From positions 17,670,001 through 17,734,000 of the forward strand of contig NW_024704756.1 in assembly GCF_018977255.1 (NCBI RefSeq): DNA of 64,000 bases. Reading direction: 5' to 3'. Below, piece by piece: positions 34,001-49,000 of this stretch. The position numbers and the translations under genes were made by a program. The notes beneath the pieces are model-generated. The model made no database searches and had not been told where the DNA came from. It saw only the letters and a list, made by a program, of their open reading frames with translations. Position 1 is the first letter of the stretch. The number at the start of each line of letters is the position of its first letter. Source of the DNA: Callorhinchus milii (Eukaryota).

Positions 34001-37000
34001 CCTCCTTACATCTCCAACCTGCTCACACCCCAATTTTCTACCCGCCCTTTTGCTTGGCTGACTCAGGCCTTCTGCACTTCCCCTGACCCCTCTGTTCCAT
34101 TATCAACAGGTGTGCCTACAGACACTATGCCCCGAACATACAGAACTTCCTGTCTCAATCCCACTGCCTTGGCCCCTCTTTACCTGTCTTCAGTTTGCAG
34201 CTAAAAACTTTCCTTTTCAACCATGCCTATGATCACCTCTCCTTTCTCCCTGGCTTCTGCCATTGTTCAGCACTCTGAGACTCTACCCCTTGCGAAGGAC
34301 ACTACATAAATGCAAGTTGTTATTGTTCTGGAGGTGAGCACCAACATTTGCTTGAACACTGTCATGTAGTATTGCACTGAGAAGGAGCAAAGAGCACTCT
34401 GGCCATTCTCATCTTTCTTGACTATGTATGTTAGACGCCCAACTGATCCCCAAAAAGGAATAAATGTAAGGTGATGAGACACAGTCAGACAGACATAGTC
34501 AGACGTAATTAGACAGAATATAAGTGGAAAGGTTGCTTATAACCCAGATGTTCCATACGCAAGAGAAGCATCTGGATGGTTCTGGTAGGTAGCTTATTGA
34601 AATTGTTAGCACAATGTGTGGCAGTGGAAAGCAAGGCAGACAAGAATGATACAGATTTCAAAAGGGAATTAGTTGGTTTCTGAAGACAATGGGATTTGGG
34701 CCTTAATATGAATGAACCATCAGCTCAATATCTAGTCACAGTAAATAAAGTACTAGGTTACAGTGGCTCCATTGCTAGTGGCCTCCTCCTTGTACTTGCC
34801 CTGCCCCCACTCCTGTTACCCTCCTCCTGTCTCCTCCTGGTTCCTGCTCTGCCCCCCCCCCCACCCCCGCTCCTTCCCTGCACTGCCCTCACTCCTGGTG
34901 TCCTCCCTTTGGTATTTGATCTGCTGTACTGTGGTGCCCTTATCCTCGCTTGTATTGCAGGGTTAATGATTGTGTGCTCCGAGTGAATGAAGTGGATGTT
35001 TCAGAAGTGGTTCACAGTAAAGCAGTAGAGGCACTAAAGGAAGCAGGGCCTGTTGTCCGACTGTTAGTCCGAAGAAGACAGCCACCACCAGAGGCAATAC
35101 TGGAAGTGAATCTTCTTAAAGGACCGAAAGGTAAATGTGTAATGACCACATCCCTGGAAATGCTGATCAAATCACAGCCACATGCATGGAGGGAAGGAAG
35201 GAGGAATGTCACCACAGCCAGTCGCACACTTCCTATTGCCAGAATCAGGCTTCTCGTTTAAATTCCTCTGCACTGCACAACTCAGCTGAGTTGAATGGGT
35301 TGAGTTTAAGTTACACCCAGGGGTGTTATGACTTCCTCCATAAAATGTTTGATAGTAAATACTCCTAACTCTTCTGTTAGTTTCAACTTGCTCTTAAATA
35401 CATTGATATTTTTTGTTTCAACCACAACTTCCAGGGGTGAGTTCCACATTCTCACCACCAGTAATCCTCTGTGCACAGAGGTTCCTCCTAACATCCCTCT
35501 TAGACCTGCTACTGGCTATCTCCAATTATGCCCCCTTATTTTTGATTCAACAATAAGTAGAAACAACTTATCAACATTCACCTTATCAAACTCTGACTTA
35601 ATATTAAACAGTTTCTATAAAAAAGAGGGAACCAGGTACTGGTGCTCTGATTAGTATTTATCCTTAAACTTGGGTCATGTAAACCAGTTTTCACATCAGC
35701 ACCTCTACTGAGCTCGACTAGAGTTTCTTCTGGCTTTGCAGCAGTTAGTTGTTCTGCATTTCCTTCTCTGTTACTTAGTAAATCATTGCTTTGCCTCTTA
35801 GGACTCGGGTTCAGTATCGCTGGAGGGATTGGCAACCAGCATATTCCTGGAGATAACAGCATTTATATCACCAAAATCATCGAGGGAGGAGCTGCTCAGA
35901 AAGATGGGAGACTGCAGACAGGAGACCGTCTGCTTGCTGTAAGCATCTTTTATACCCGTTTGGTTACTTTTCTCACTTAATCATACTGTACTTTGATTCT
36001 TTATTCATCTCTCAGAATGCAAATCTCAAATCTAATGTAACAAGGCTCAAAATAGAAACATATCACCACCAGAATGTTTCCCATGGAAACATGAAGTCAG
36101 TGCTTGTGGTTTTCACAAATTCAAGAGAGGCTAAAATGAAGAAGGCCCATTTGCTCTCATCCTTCCCAAATACTCATCCAGTTGTCCTCCCAATACAGCA
36201 TCAACTTGTTTCTTAAATGAGTCCAGCATCCTGGCCTCAACCACTTTTCAATCGTTCCAGTTGTTAATTACCCTTAGGGTAAAGAGACAATTCCTGGTAT
36301 CTGTCCGAAATTGTCCTTCGCATCCCTGAACCTCTGTCTTCTAGTTCTGTTGCTTTGGCATAATCGAAAGAAATATAATAATAATAATCCTTGCATTTGA
36401 TATAGCGCTTTTCACGTCTTCTAGGCGTCTCAAAGCGCTTCACAAAATATACTGTAAAGTGAATTGACTGTATATTTGTGGGTGAAACGCGACAGCCAAT
36501 TGCGCACAGTCCTGGATTGAAAATAACCAATTTATTATTGTTTTGTTTTGGAGGGTTATTATTAGGCGTGTGAAGTAAGGAAACTTGCCCAAGGTTTTGT
36601 CCTGCCTGGAATTGAAACCAGGTCTCTCGCTTGCAAGGCGAGAGCTCTAACCACTGAGTATTGTTCTAGCTTTACTTTTCAATCCCATTTAAAATTTTAC
36701 ATGATTCTATAAGGTTGATGAGACAAAAGCTACGGCTTCTGAAGTTATTCTGCCTGTCATTTTCTTCTAATAATTCCATTGGTCTGCTGTTTCTGAGATC
36801 AGATTACTAGGCTCTTATCACCTTTGTTGAAAATGGGTAGCGCTCGAGATACTACCCCACGTGAAGGACACTATATGAATGCAAGTGGCTGTTGTTGTTG
36901 GGATCCACATTATCCACATGAGCCGCCATCTAATCTAATCCCACTCTCCGACTCCCCATACACTATTATTCCTCCTATTCAAGTATCTATTTAATTTCCC

Positions 37001-40000
37001 CATTAAAATAATTATGGACTTTGCTCAACATTGGTTTATGACCGAGAATTCCATCCTCAGTAAAGAATATTTTAAAACTTTCCCTTTAACTCTTTTTGAT
37101 TATCTTAAATTTGGGCCCTCCAATTACTGATTTGCCAACCAGTAAAACAATCTATTACTGTTTAATCTGTCATAACCCTCCACTATCTTGAAGACCTTCA
37201 TAGATTATTGAGACATCTTTTACACATAGGTGTATTGAAGGCTCCTGAGTTTGTTGTAGAGCATGCAAAGGACATTCAGACATGGATTGTGACAACTGTC
37301 ACAATGCAAAAGAATGGAGACTGATGCAGTGCTGTTCTCTGTGTTCTTTGTAAGGTGATGCTATCTAGGTGATGTGATATTTCTCTGTGTTTGTATAGGT
37401 CAACAATATCAGTCTGCAGGATGTCCGTCATGAAGAGGCTGTGGCAGCTCTGAAGAATACTTCAGATATGGTTTATCTAAAAGTAGCTAAGCCGGGCGGC
37501 AGTCACCTCAATGATGTGTATGCACCGCCTGATTACGCCAGCAGTAAGTACTGCCTGAGCTGCTCCTTGCTGGCCTGAGAGCAACATTGTCTTTGGGGCA
37601 TAATCCTGTTACCCAGTTCTTCAGGTACAAGCAAACCAACACGGTCTGTATGATAATCAGAGATGCCAAAACAAGGATAATCCACTCTAGCACCCCAGAT
37701 CAGGGTAACCCACTCTCCAGCACTCCAGACAAGGATAACCTGCCCTCTAGCACTCCAGACCAGGATAACCTCCTCTTTAATACAAAGTGATCCGAGATGC
37801 TACCCTGTATGACAGGTGCTATATAAATGCAAGTTGTTATTGTTGATGCTCGACATCAGAATAACTGTCTCTAACCCTCCAGATTAGGATTTCCTCTTTA
37901 GCTTTCCAAACTTGTATCTGCTTGTGCTGGAAACCAGGGACAATGGTGATCTGTCCTACTCACTGTGCAACCCCCACCCCCCTCACAACTGCTCACCCTG
38001 CCTCCCTCTCACTGCTCATCTGCACCCTATGTGCGATACGCATGCCAGGATACCACTTAACCCTCACTAACTAATGTATCTGTCATTGGTTCACAGCATT
38101 TTCAGCTGTTGCCGATAATCATGTGAACTCTGGCCTGGGTTACATAGGCGGAGCTGAGAACAAAGTCCCCTACCCACTGCCAGCCATCACGTCAGGCCGC
38201 TACTCACCAGTGCCCCGGCATGCCATGAGCGAGGAAGATTTCACAAGGTCAGTAACTGCATCCAGGTTGCATACAGGTTTCAGAGCCTTTAGGTTTGGGC
38301 CTAGCTAGACACACACTCACTGGGAGTCTCCGAAGTAAATCAGACCCCTCTAACCCAGTGTGAATGCAGCTTCATTAAGTACAAATGCCAGAAAGGTGCC
38401 GGGCGTGGCCAGTGAGTCAGTCCCGGCACCAGTGAAGCTGTCAGTGGCTGTGGTGGCTGTACTTGGGATGCGGTTAGTATTTAAATCCCAAGGTATATTT
38501 TCAAATGGCTTTCAGACTTTTCCCAGGCAGTGATTAACTCTTCATTCTAAATCGCACGGGCGAGTCTGCTCAACAGGAATGGTTTATGACAGAATTTCCT
38601 ATTTCAACAGAGACCTGCCCTTCTTGTGCATGTAACCCGAGATTATTGCGAACAGAATAACACATTGATGTGTTTGAATATCTGGATTTCTGCTCTGCAG
38701 CTGCTCCCACCTGTACAAATGCATTTGAATAGGTTAATCTCTCAGTCCCGGTACAGTTGAGAGTCTGTGTGTGGGTGGGGTGGCTGATTATGCAACTCCA
38801 CTGCTGGGTTACAAAGGTTGTAATCACGGAGCTCAGGGTCTGATTGGAACACAGGGCCTGTCATGGCTCAGGACAACCAACATCATGGAGCTAAGTGAGT
38901 ACTGTGTGTTTTACATAAATCTGCTTTGTAGCTTGAGTCGTGAGCAGTAGATAGAGCAAAGTTGTAATGGAGTCCTGGGAATTTACAATTCCTGGTTATG
39001 AAGCAGAGAGCAGTTTCTTGAGGATTTGATTCTGTACACATTGTACTGGCACACATTATATAGGCACACAACAAAGCATAGAGACTGCACACATTATACT
39101 GGCACACAGCAAGCAAAGAGACGGCATGCCACTTATTCACACTAACACAAGCATTTCACGGACACTGACTAGCCTTTCAGACTCTGTACAGATACTTTCA
39201 TTTTTTTAAACTGGCTACTGAATGCTGTTTGAGGGCTTTTGATTCTCAATGAAATATGCTGGTTTAATCCCGTATAACTTGTAATGCCACATTTGTTAGC
39301 AGTTTTAAGACGATGCCTTGGAAAGGACAATGTTTCTTTGGAGAGAGGAGAGAGCTGAATGTGATTCCAGAACTTTAAACTTTGAGGTTCTGTGAAGCTT
39401 TATTTGTAACATTGTTGAGAGGGTATAGGCCTCAAGGTCCTGGAAAATGCCTGTGTTATAGGGCCCTTTGATAAGGAGCTGCCTCACTTAACATGGGCTG
39501 AAGGGAGACCCACGCTTTACCTGGAAGCAAGGTATATTTGGTTTCTCGTGTGACTAGCCAGCTTTCTGAATTAAAAAACACTAGACTTTTGGATCGTCAA
39601 AAGTTGCCACTAATTTCACGGGTAAATACTGCACCAAACGAGCAATGCCCAAGAAGTGACATCAACTTATAACACCTCCTGAGACATTGGACCGAGTTGA
39701 CCACAATATCGTGAGGTTTCCCTATATCTTAACGGCCCAAATTTATGACCTGGTGATAGTTCAGTACGGGTTTTCTCTAACCCTAAAACCATCAGTATAT
39801 TCATCCATAAGTGCAAACTACTGCAGATGCTGGAAATCTGAAACAAAAACAGAGATCGCTGGATACACTATTTTCATCCATCCTCCTCCATTATTCACTG
39901 CTTATTGTGAGTTCTGAAATTCAAAATTGAAAACATCAGTCAGAGAACGGGCGGCACCCTGAACACTAACACAGCAGGCGTCTGTGCTGAATCATCTAGG

Positions 40001-43000
40001 TTCAAAAGTGCCCAAACAGGTTTTGGGTTTATGGAATTTGCCTCTCTTGTTGTAACAAAACTCCAGCCTGCTTCGCTTTGACTGTTGAAGATGTTTGTTC
40101 TGTAAGTGTGAAGGTCGCCAAGGGGTTTAGCTGGATGCAGGGTAGGTGGGGGCTGTGCCCGGGGACGAGGTGGGCGGGGGCTGTGGTTGGGGACAGGGTG
40201 AGCGGGGACTGTGCCTGGGGGCTGTGGTTGGAGACAGGCACGATGGGTTGAAAGGCCCTCTGTGCTGAAGGTTTCTGTTTTAAGCTTAGCCCATTAGTAG
40301 GAACAAGGAGTAAAATATCGTAAGAAAGGGNAAAAATTGGAAAAAGCCTGACTCTGGATATTAACTATGATTAGCTGTGAAATATTATCCTGATTGTACA
40401 CGAACGTAGTGAGAGTTATTTTCAGCGTTTGTAACGTAGTTTGCCTGGAACACAATCCTGGAAGTTGACAGCAGGTTCCTTATTAGCAATAGTGGGGAAT
40501 CTTTAAAGTGAGTTTAAGGCTTTGTTTGTACAGTACCCAGTTACCATAACCTTTGCAGATATTCTGTAGTAAAAGACAGAGATTACTTCTCCTGTATCTT
40601 TCCTGTCCTAAGCTGTTCATTGTGAAATCCAGGAAATTCAAAATCTCAACTACTTCCTAACTACAAGATCTGTTGCATTCGTATCCACTGTCGGATGTTG
40701 AAACAAGCAGGACCTTGTGCCTAAACAATCAAACTATCAGTAGTGGCACATCCGGCACCACATTCAGTGTGTGTACAAACAGTGTCAGCAGTCTGATGGA
40801 GGAAAACATTGGTTCACATCTCTGCTCCAGTATAAATATTGCTGAAAATAGTCCATTGCCTAATTACAGCACAGAAACTTCTTTAAGACCATAAGAAAGA
40901 ACAAAGAACTTGCATTTTTACAACGCCTTTTCACATGAAAAGGTCTCAAAACACGTTACAGTAAATTCTTTTAAGTGTAGTAACTTTATAGGCAAATGTG
41001 CAGCAGCTACTTACCTCTCGGCAAATCAGTCAAAATGGATTCCAAGTCACAAACTTGGTCTCCAGGTAAAGCCTTCCAGCAGCAGTCACCCGAAGCTTCA
41101 AGGTTTTCTCATCAGATATCTGATGGACATCTGCCTTCAGCACATTTACCTGTAAAGCCTCCAGTGTAGGCCAGAGCCCTCCCGGCCTGCGGCCTCTAAT
41201 CCACATCACTGCTTGATCCTGGACTTTGAAAATGGGCCAGAGCAAGTCTCTCTGCTGGATCCCCAGGAGCTCAGATCCATAAAGGAGAACTGTTTGCACA
41301 CAGGTCTTGTATGCTGCAAACTTGACTTGCATTGGGACCTTCAGGTGAGGTGATAAACTGAGCTGCTGTCTGCTTGTTCAGATGGACATAAAACTCCCAG
41401 TGTTTGTACACACACTGTTTGAAAATAATGTCATGGCCAATAATCCTGTTGATAAATTGGTTGTACTTCACAGGTGTTTGTGCACAAACATGGCCAAATT
41501 TGTGTCATGCTTACCTACAAATACAGGCATTACACTGGAAAGCAATTCCCTGTGAAATGCTTTGAGAGGTTTCCGTGTTATAGATGCTTATCAAATGCAA
41601 GGATTATTACTACAACAACAACTTGCATTTATATAACTGAGTATTAGTGTTATTAAAAAAAATCATTCACTTCATGGCTTGTGGGATATTGCTGTGTGCT
41701 AATTAGTTGCAGTGTTTGCCCACAAAACAGTCACTACACTATACAGTATATCGTGTAAAGCTCTTTGGGATGCACAACCGACGTAAAGGTGCTATACCAA
41801 ATGTAAGGATTATTATTATTACAGAGAGCCAAGAAAGATCATTCTGCACAAGGGCTCTACTGGCTTGGGCTTCAACATCGTTGGTGGGGAGGATGGAGAA
41901 GGCATTTTTGTCTCATTTATCCTGGCTGGTGGACCGGCAGACCTGAGTGGAGAACTACGAAGAGGAGATCGCATTCTGTCTGTGAGTAATTCATCAGGAG
42001 ACACAACAGCAGCTGATGTAACAAACAACATACTCTGTCCTGCTCCATCTGTGCCTCCATCAATGACCCAGTCTTCAGCTACAAGGCCCCTGACCTCTAG
42101 AACTCCCACCGTCTCACCCTCTCTCTAGCTTTCTTTAAATCCTGCCTTAAAACTAACCTGTTTGACCATGTTTATGCCCCCGCCTCCCCCTGCTTAGCAT
42201 CTGACGCGCTTCTGTACAGCTCGCCAAGACATTACCCTGTGTGGGTGGATTCATAGAAAGTACAGTTCAAAAACAGGCCATTTCAGCCCATCCACTAGAG
42301 CCGTTGGTTACTCGCCACACAAATTAAGACATTATATAAATGCAAGTTGTTGTTGAATTGTAGGTTCTGTATGACCTAAAGATGTGATGCTTAGAAGTGG
42401 AGTCTTGTATCTCCATGAGGTTGTCAGCCTCACTCGATAGGCCACCTTCTGGTCCACAGTGTGCAGCCTGGCATGGGACTTCATTCTGTGTGTTCAGTGG
42501 TTTAAAGATTATCTGTGTTTGTGTAGGTAAATGGTGTAAATCTTCGGAGTGCTACACATGAGCAGGCAGCAGCAGCACTCAAGAGAGCTGGTCAGACCGT
42601 GAGCATCATTGCACAATACAGGCCAGAAGGTAAGATAGCACACACATTAACACCGTGTGCCAACAGAGTAAATCTTGTGCCAAGTAACCTTTGTACAATA
42701 AATGAGAATGAATTGCAGAAAACATTGAGACTGTAGAGTTGATACTTTGGTGAAAAGCTCGTCATTCAGATGTTCACCACTTCCATTTCTTCTTTTAACC
42801 GTGGCACTTAATTTGGTGTTAAATTCATGGGTATCTGAGCTAACCTATACATGTACCCGGCCATTGACTCATTGCTGGTACTCCGACTTTGTCTGATAAG
42901 TCCAACTCAGATAGTTATCTCATTTGGCAACAGTCCATTTCTACTCCGCAGGGTATGCTCAAGGAATGCACCAACCAGCAGGGCAGTACAGGAATCACAT

Positions 43001-46000
43001 GCCCATCACAGCCCCATGTCATAGAAGTGGGATGGGGGGGAATCACTGGCCCAGTGCAGGCCTCCCAGAGCATCACAATCATCTCCAGATTTTTGCTGAT
43101 AGCTGGCTGTGCTTTGAGTGAGCTTCAGAAGAGGAAACTTGATGTTCATGTTCTGTTGTTGGCTGCTCGTGTCAGACTGATGTCTCTCTCCAGCATAGCC
43201 AGGGTGGTTTGGCAAGAGGGCGCTGTGTGTGTGGGGCGGGGGAGTGCAGGAAGGGTTATAAGTGGGATTCTGATGCCTGCTCATGATTATAAAAATACTG
43301 AACAACGATTGCTGAATCAAGGGAAATGTACTTTGCAGCAGTTTCTAAGGGTGGAAAAGGTTCAGGTGTGAAATCCTGTTGTGTAAATGTACCACCTTGA
43401 GATGGCAGCAATGAACCACCAATTTACTGACTGGTTGGTTGCCAATTAAACGCAACAGATTAAGAGACAAAGGTTTATATTTTGCACAGACACAAAAAAC
43501 CAATAAGGTTATAATTGTAAAAGGTTAGGATGTGAAAATGGACAGGAATGGAAGGGGCAAAAAGATAGCCAGTTGCCACACCTTCATACAATCATTACAA
43601 CAAGTTTGCATTTACATAGCGCCTTTCACTCAGGATGGTGACTTCTGCCTTAAGATTGATTAATAGTTTTATATACAATCACTATAAACATGTAAATCAA
43701 TTTTGGGTAAATTTTAAGTATCAAAATTATATCAGATAGGTTTTGGGGTGTGTATAATGTGTGTTTAGGATTTGGATTGTGCATATACCTGAAAGGGAAG
43801 TGGAAGCCAATTCGATAACAACTTTTAAGAGAGAAGTAGACAATAATAATAATCCTTGCATTTGATATAGCGCTTTTCACGTCTTCAAGACGTCTCAAAG
43901 CGTTTCATAGAATATACTGTAAAGTGAATTGACTGTATATTTGTGGGCGAACGCGGCAGCCAATTGCGCACAGCAATGTCCCACAAACAATAGTGGATTG
44001 AAATTACCAATTTATTATTGCTTTTTTTCTTGAGGGATTATTATTAGGCTCTGTGTGGAGTAAGGAAACTTGCCCAAGGTCCCACCCCGCCGGGAATCAA
44101 ACCCAGATCTCTCGCTGATTATTTGGCGAGGATAAGTTTGCAGCGCTATGGGAAGAGAGTGGGATTGATTTGGGTAACTCTTTTCAAAGAGCCGGCACAG
44201 ACCAATGGGCCAAATGTCCTCCTTCTGTGCTGTATAATTCTATGATGCTGTGGGGTGTATAGTGTGTGAATAGGGCGTGTATGAGGTGTTGGGATGCGTA
44301 CATAGGCTGTGTATAGGGTTTGGGTGTGTATATTGTGTGTGTACAGGGTGAGGGAGTCGGGTGTATATAGTACACAGTGTGTGCATAGGGGGTGCATATG
44401 GTATACAGTGTGTGTATAGGGAGTGCATATGGTATACAGTGTGTGTATAGGGAGTGCATATGGTATACAGTGTGTGTATAGGGAGTGCATATGGTATACA
44501 GTGTGTGTATAGGGAGTGCATATGGTATACAGTGTGTGTATAGGGAGTGCATATGGTATATAGTGTGTGTATAGGGAGTGCATATGGTATACAGTGTGTG
44601 TATAGGGAGTGCATATAGTATATAGTGTGTGTATAGGGAGTGCATATGGTATATAGTGTGTGGAAAGGGAGTGCATATGGTATATAGTGTTGTATAGGGA
44701 GTGCATATGGTATATAGTGTGTGTATAGGGAGTGCATATGGTATATAGTGTGTGTATAGGGAGTGCATATGGTATATAGTGTGTGTATAGGGAGTGCATA
44801 TGGTATACAGTGTGTGTATAGGGTGTATAGTGTGTGTATAGGGAGTGCATATGATATATAGTGTGTGTATAGGGTGCATATGGTATATAGTGTGTGTATA
44901 GGGAGTGCATATGGTGTATAATGTGTGTATAGGGAGTGCATATGATATATAGTGTGTGTATAGGCTGCATATGGTATGGGGTGTGTGTACAGGGGTATAT
45001 AGTGTGTGATTAGGGAGTGCATATGATATATAGTGGTGTATATGTGTGTACAGGGGGTGTATATGTGTGTAAGGGGTGTATATGTGGTACAGGGGGTGTA
45101 TATGTGTGTACAGGGGGTGTATATGTGTGTACAGGGGGTGTATATGTGTGTACAGGGGGTGTATATGTGTGTACAGGGGGTGTATATGTGTGTACAGGGG
45201 GTGTATATGTGTACAGGGGGTGTATATGTGTGTACAGGGGTGTATATGGTATGGAGTATGTACAGGGGGTGTGTACAGGGGCTGTGTATGTGTGTACAGG
45301 GGGTGTATATGGTGTGCACAGGGGTTTACAGGCTGTGAGCTGCCGCGGGAGGAAGTGACTGGTTGCGGGGCGGGGCCGGAGCTGCTGCTACTCCGGCTCC
45401 GGGCTTCAGGCCTTTGTTTGCGGCTGTGAGGGGCCGAGACCCGGGGCTGTGAGGGGCTGTGAGGGGCTGTGAGGGGCCGAGACCCGGGGCTGTGAGGGGC
45501 TGTGAGGGGCGTGAGGGGCCGGAGGGGCTGTGAGGGGCCGTGAGGGGCTGTGAGGGGCCGAGACCCGGGGCTGTGAGGGGCCGTGAGGGGCCGTGAGGGG
45601 CTGTGAGGGGCCGTGAGGGGCCGAGAACAGACACAACGGTTATAAAACATGTGAGAAAATNNNNNNNNNNNNNNNNNNNNNNNNNNNNNNNNNNNNNNNN
45701 NNNNNNNNNNNNNNNNNNNNNNNNNNNNNNNNNNNNNNNNNNNNNNNNNNNNNNNNNNNNNNNNNNNNNNNNNNNNNNNNNNNNNNNNNNNNNNNNNNNN
45801 NNNNNNNNNNNNNNNNNNNNNNNNNNNNNNNNNNNNNNNNNNNCCCCCCACACACCCCCCCCCACANNNNNNNNNNNNNNNNNNNNNNNNNNNNNNNNNN
45901 NNNNNNNNNNNNNNNNNNNNNNNNNNNNNNNNNNNNNNNNNNNNNNNNNNNNNNNNNNNNNNNNNNNNNNNNNNNNNNNNNNNNNNNNNNNNNNNNNNNN

Positions 46001-49000
46001 NNNNNNNNNNNNNNNNNNNNNNNNNNNNNNNNNNNNNNNNNNNNNNNNNNNNNNNNNNNNNNNNNNNNNNNNNNNNNNNNNNNNNNNNNNNNNNNNNNNN
46101 NNCCCACACGCACACACACCACACCCCACACACAGACACACACACCCCCACCCCCCCCACCCCACACACACCCCCACCCCCCCCACACACACACACCCGC
46201 CACCCCCCCCCCCACCCCCACACATACACCCCCACACACACACACATACACCCCCCCCCACCCCCACACATACCCACCCCCCCACACACACCCCCCCCCC
46301 CCGCCACCCCAACAAACACACACACCCCCCCCGCCACCCCCACACCCCCACACACACACACACACACCCCCCACACCCCCACACATACACCCCCACACAC
46401 ATACACCCCCCCACGCACAGACACACACACACTCTCCCCTTCACACACACACTCTGCCCTCCACACACACACTCTCCCCTCCACACACACAGACACACAC
46501 TTTCCCCACACACCACAACAACAACAACTTGGATTTATATAGCGCCCTCCATGCCGGACGGCGTCTCAGAGCGCTTCACAGTAACGGATCCTGGGGCCAA
46601 GTTAGGGGAGGGGGAGGAAGGTGACCAAAGGCGCAGTCGAAAAGAAAGGTCTTCAGCCGCGACCTGAAACTAGGAAGAGAGGGGGCGAGACGAAGGGAGT
46701 GAGGAAGGCAGTTCCAGAGTCTCGGGGCATAGTGGCTGAAGGCACGGCCGCCGATGGTGGAGTAGAGGATTTTGGGGACAAGGAGCAGGCCAGACCCGGT
46801 GGAGCGAAGGCAACGGGTACTGTTGTGAGGAGACAGGAGGTCAGAGAGGTAGGGGTTGCAGAGGAATGGAGGGATTTGAAGACAAGGGTGAGGATCTTGA
46901 GCACCATTTTCCCCATTGGGTTGCTAACGGGCAGGTGCTGACAGTGCCACACTTGCCAGCAGTTCTGATCGTTGTCCTCTCCTGGCAGAGTACAGCCGCT
47001 TTGAGTCCAAGATCCATGACCTTCGTGAACAGATGATGAACAGCAGCATGAGCTCGGGCTCGGGCTCCCTGAGAACCAGCGAGAAACGATCCCTCTATGT
47101 CCGGTGAGACTTTTCTTTACAACAGACCTATTGTGTGGCGACAGATCTGGGAACAGGGAGGTGGTGGAATGAGCAGGTGGCGAGAGGGATTGTGTCTGCA
47201 TATTTGTGTGTTTTAAGTGTGTGCATGCATGTTTGTGGTATGTGTGCACAAGGTTGAGTTTGCTTTTGTGGGCGTGTCTGCACGCTGCAGTGGTAATGTG
47301 GCTTCCACAAGATCTCACTCAATGACATTGATCCTTTGGCTCCTGGAAGTTTCTCTTAACAAAGATGTGTGTGGGTTTCAGGGCTCTCTTCGACTATGAC
47401 AGAACTAAGGACAGCTGCCTTCCAAGCCAGGGTTTGAGCTTCTCATATGGTGACATCCTCCATGTCATCAATGCTTCAGATGACGAATGGTGGCAAGCAC
47501 GGCTGGTGACTCCTCACGGTGAGAGTGAACAGATCGGTGTCATCCCCAGCAAGAAAAGGTAATGGACCCTGTAGCCTGGGCTTGTGCAGAAACATCTCAA
47601 CTTCATCTTAAGTGTCTGTTCCTAGGATCAATATAATAATATAATTCTTGCATTTAATATAGCACCTTATCATGTCATTAAGACTTCTCAAAGCTATAAC
47701 AAAATATAACAATAACTTACATTTATATAGTGTCCCAGAGCACTTTATATATACTGTAAAGTGTTTTGAGGGTTCTGTGGGAGAAACGTGGCACCAAATT
47801 GCGCACAGTAGTGTCCCACAAACAGTCGTGGATTGAGTGACCACATTTTTGGGGGGAGGTGGGGGGGATTATTATCCCCTGGAAAGCGATCTGCAAATCC
47901 ACTAACTCCCAGTTTACTAATTACTGCCAGATAAACAGGAAAGGCTCTTCTCTGATGTTTTATGTTTCCCTCTTTCAGAGTTGAAAAGAAAGAGCGAGCG
48001 AGGTTAAAAACAGTGAAATTCCATGCTCGGCCTGGAGTGATTGAAATGAAAGGGGTAAGTGCAGCAGGACATGCAATGCCTGGAGCGAGCACCAGTGATC
48101 GGGTGCTTCTGCTCCCATCTACAGGAGGTGCCTGTGGGAGTGGAGTCCCACTGGGCTAACTGCCAGTTGAGATGAGAGAATGAGAGAAATATTAATGGAA
48201 AGACTTGCGGTTGATTTTGAGATCTGAGTTACGTTGCCCTATTCTGTTTGGAAAACGTGTGACACTTTCCCAACAAGTGGAGCAGATGCATTTTTGCTGC
48301 ATTCACAGCGTACTCACTGAGCACAATCCTCTTACCTCGGGATTAGGATTGCTGGTATTGCGAGCCGTGCCACCTGTGTAAGGTCAGGCAGCAGCTTTAT
48401 GCACCTGGATACAGGCTCTTCCTTAAGTCTTTCAGCACAATAATCTTCCTCTTCTATTCCCATAGGAGACCATGTTAGGTGTAGATCAGACCTTATCATG
48501 GCTCCAAGGTGTGATTGACTGAGAGCCCAGGCATCTGAGCCGCCAGTTACAACACTGCATTTCTGTTCATACATTACATTCTACTGTAATCGTACTTTAT
48601 GTTCTAGCCTCAGTTAGGATCTGTCACTTTACACAGCTTCTGGATTTTCAGAGATTGCAGCAACTGGCATTCTATACCTGCGTGATTCCCATTGGATAGG
48701 TTTTGGATGATCTGCACAGTGGAAAAATAACTTTACTGTGGCTGGGATAACAAGCGAGATTGCTCCTGTGTTTTTTACACAGCTCTGCAGTATTAGACGT
48801 CCTGCAAAAAAAATCTAACTGATTAAAATCTTAATGTTATTGTGATGTTTTATGCTGGAGGTGGGGGTCATACGGACTGCATTACGCTTGCGTAGAATCG
48901 GCTCGCAATCCCTGCTTTATATGATGATATCCCGTTCACTCACAGTAAATCACTGAGTCAGGTTGCTCCCATTCCCTATTTTTCATTATGGAGTCAGATC

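Noticed and set aside
44370-45325. Regularly spaced repeats, superficially CRISPR-like
   Set aside because: Contiguous tandem units without unique spacers, vertebrate intron context, no cas genes.
44146-46667. ORFs of 260-775 aa
   Set aside because: Translations of minisatellites, CA repeats and N gaps.
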